The notes under the pieces were generated by a model. It was given only the letters and a program-made list of their open reading frames with translations, did not search any database and had not been told where the DNA came from. The position numbers and the translations under genes are program-made. Of a stretch of 64,000 nt of DNA, positions 63,331-64,000 are shown piece by piece. Source of the stretch: a bacterium (GTDB lineage: Bacteria; RBG-13-61-14; DATKZS01); assembly GCA_963674965.2 (NCBI GenBank), contig CAXXFL010000002.1, forward strand, positions 64,001-128,000, in the 5' to 3' direction. The first letter of the stretch is position 1; every line of letters begins with the position of its first letter.

Positions 63331-63925
63331 GTATGGGTATATTTAGCATGGAAAGCGCCCCTTATCTTTAGGAAGAAGTATTCCATGTCCCTGAAGCCGA
63401 AGGCAATGCGCTTTATCACCTTGATCTTGTTGTTCACTCCCTCGATGAGGCTGGTGTGAATAAGGCTACGAATCTCCTCGCAGGCCAAAGCCACCTCGGC
63501 GGCAAGACGTTTCGAGTACTCGACCCGGGGAAGCGTCCACTCGAGGCTCTCGGTGACCACTCCGCGGTCGGGGCAATCAACGCGGACCTGATAGAAAAAA
63601 AGGTAACTCCGCTTGAAGACGCCGTAGGAAAGATCACGGACGCAACGTTCGTCGCAGTCGTAATACGCGCTGAACTCCCTGCCGCATCTGCACTTGTAAA
63701 CGTTGCGATCGCGCGAAAGCTCGATCATCAGGCTGGGGAATTCATCTCCCTCCCAAGTATGAGTGCTGACCCGATGAACGGAAAAACCTGGAATGTTGAC
63801 CATAATATCGATATAATCCTTTTTGACCGCCATCTCGTCCTCCTTGTTTTGGTGCTTTTTGCTAAAACTACTCTGACAAAGAGAACGGGGGCGGTCAATT
63901 CACCCACACTAAATTACGTAGAACC
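63315..63925 (-). mobile_element. Internally deleted ISL3-family element (611 bp)
   Basis: Imperfect terminal IRs GGTTCAACGTATTTAAGTATGGGT / GGTTCTACGTAATTTAGTGTGGGT. Confidence 0.85.
63327..63833 (-). pseudogene. ISL3 transposase lacking the central DDE region
   Basis: Zn finger (CRCG...VRDL...RVDCPD) fused to the C-terminal EGVNNKIKVIKR.AFGFRD motif. Confidence 0.85.
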
Positions 63926-64000
63926 TTAAAAGTGTACGGGCCATGTGCATTTCCCATCCCCCGGCTTACGCCGCTCTGATAATCGAACTATCCGCGCAAC

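Overview
Bacterial DNA of undetermined taxon, in two halves. Bases 1-37.9 kb hold an unusual polymorphic toxin locus in which the Rhs architecture appears split over two genes. The first is a YD-repeat shell gene (enters from outside the window, interrupted by an IS110-family element) that ends just before the Rhs-associated core. A HEAT-repeat lipoprotein gene follows, then a ~3270-aa predicted lipoprotein with beta-propeller and DxDxDG calcium-binding repeats, ending in the Rhs core and an HNH toxin. Downstream lie nine orphan core-toxin/immunity cassettes plus one remnant. Each is preceded by one of two structured spacer families, and both families carry an rrn-type boxA-like motif (GNTCTTTGAAAA). 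Bases 38-64 kb are an eroded integrative element or defence island: two broken serine-recombinase modules, a damaged type I RM locus with RhuM, DUF4145 and an intact-looking DarTG pair, an inverted segment, a CheB/CheR fusion with a hybrid kinase, a frameshifted LexA and an internally deleted ISL3. Family assignments are from motif recognition by eye, with no database searches run.
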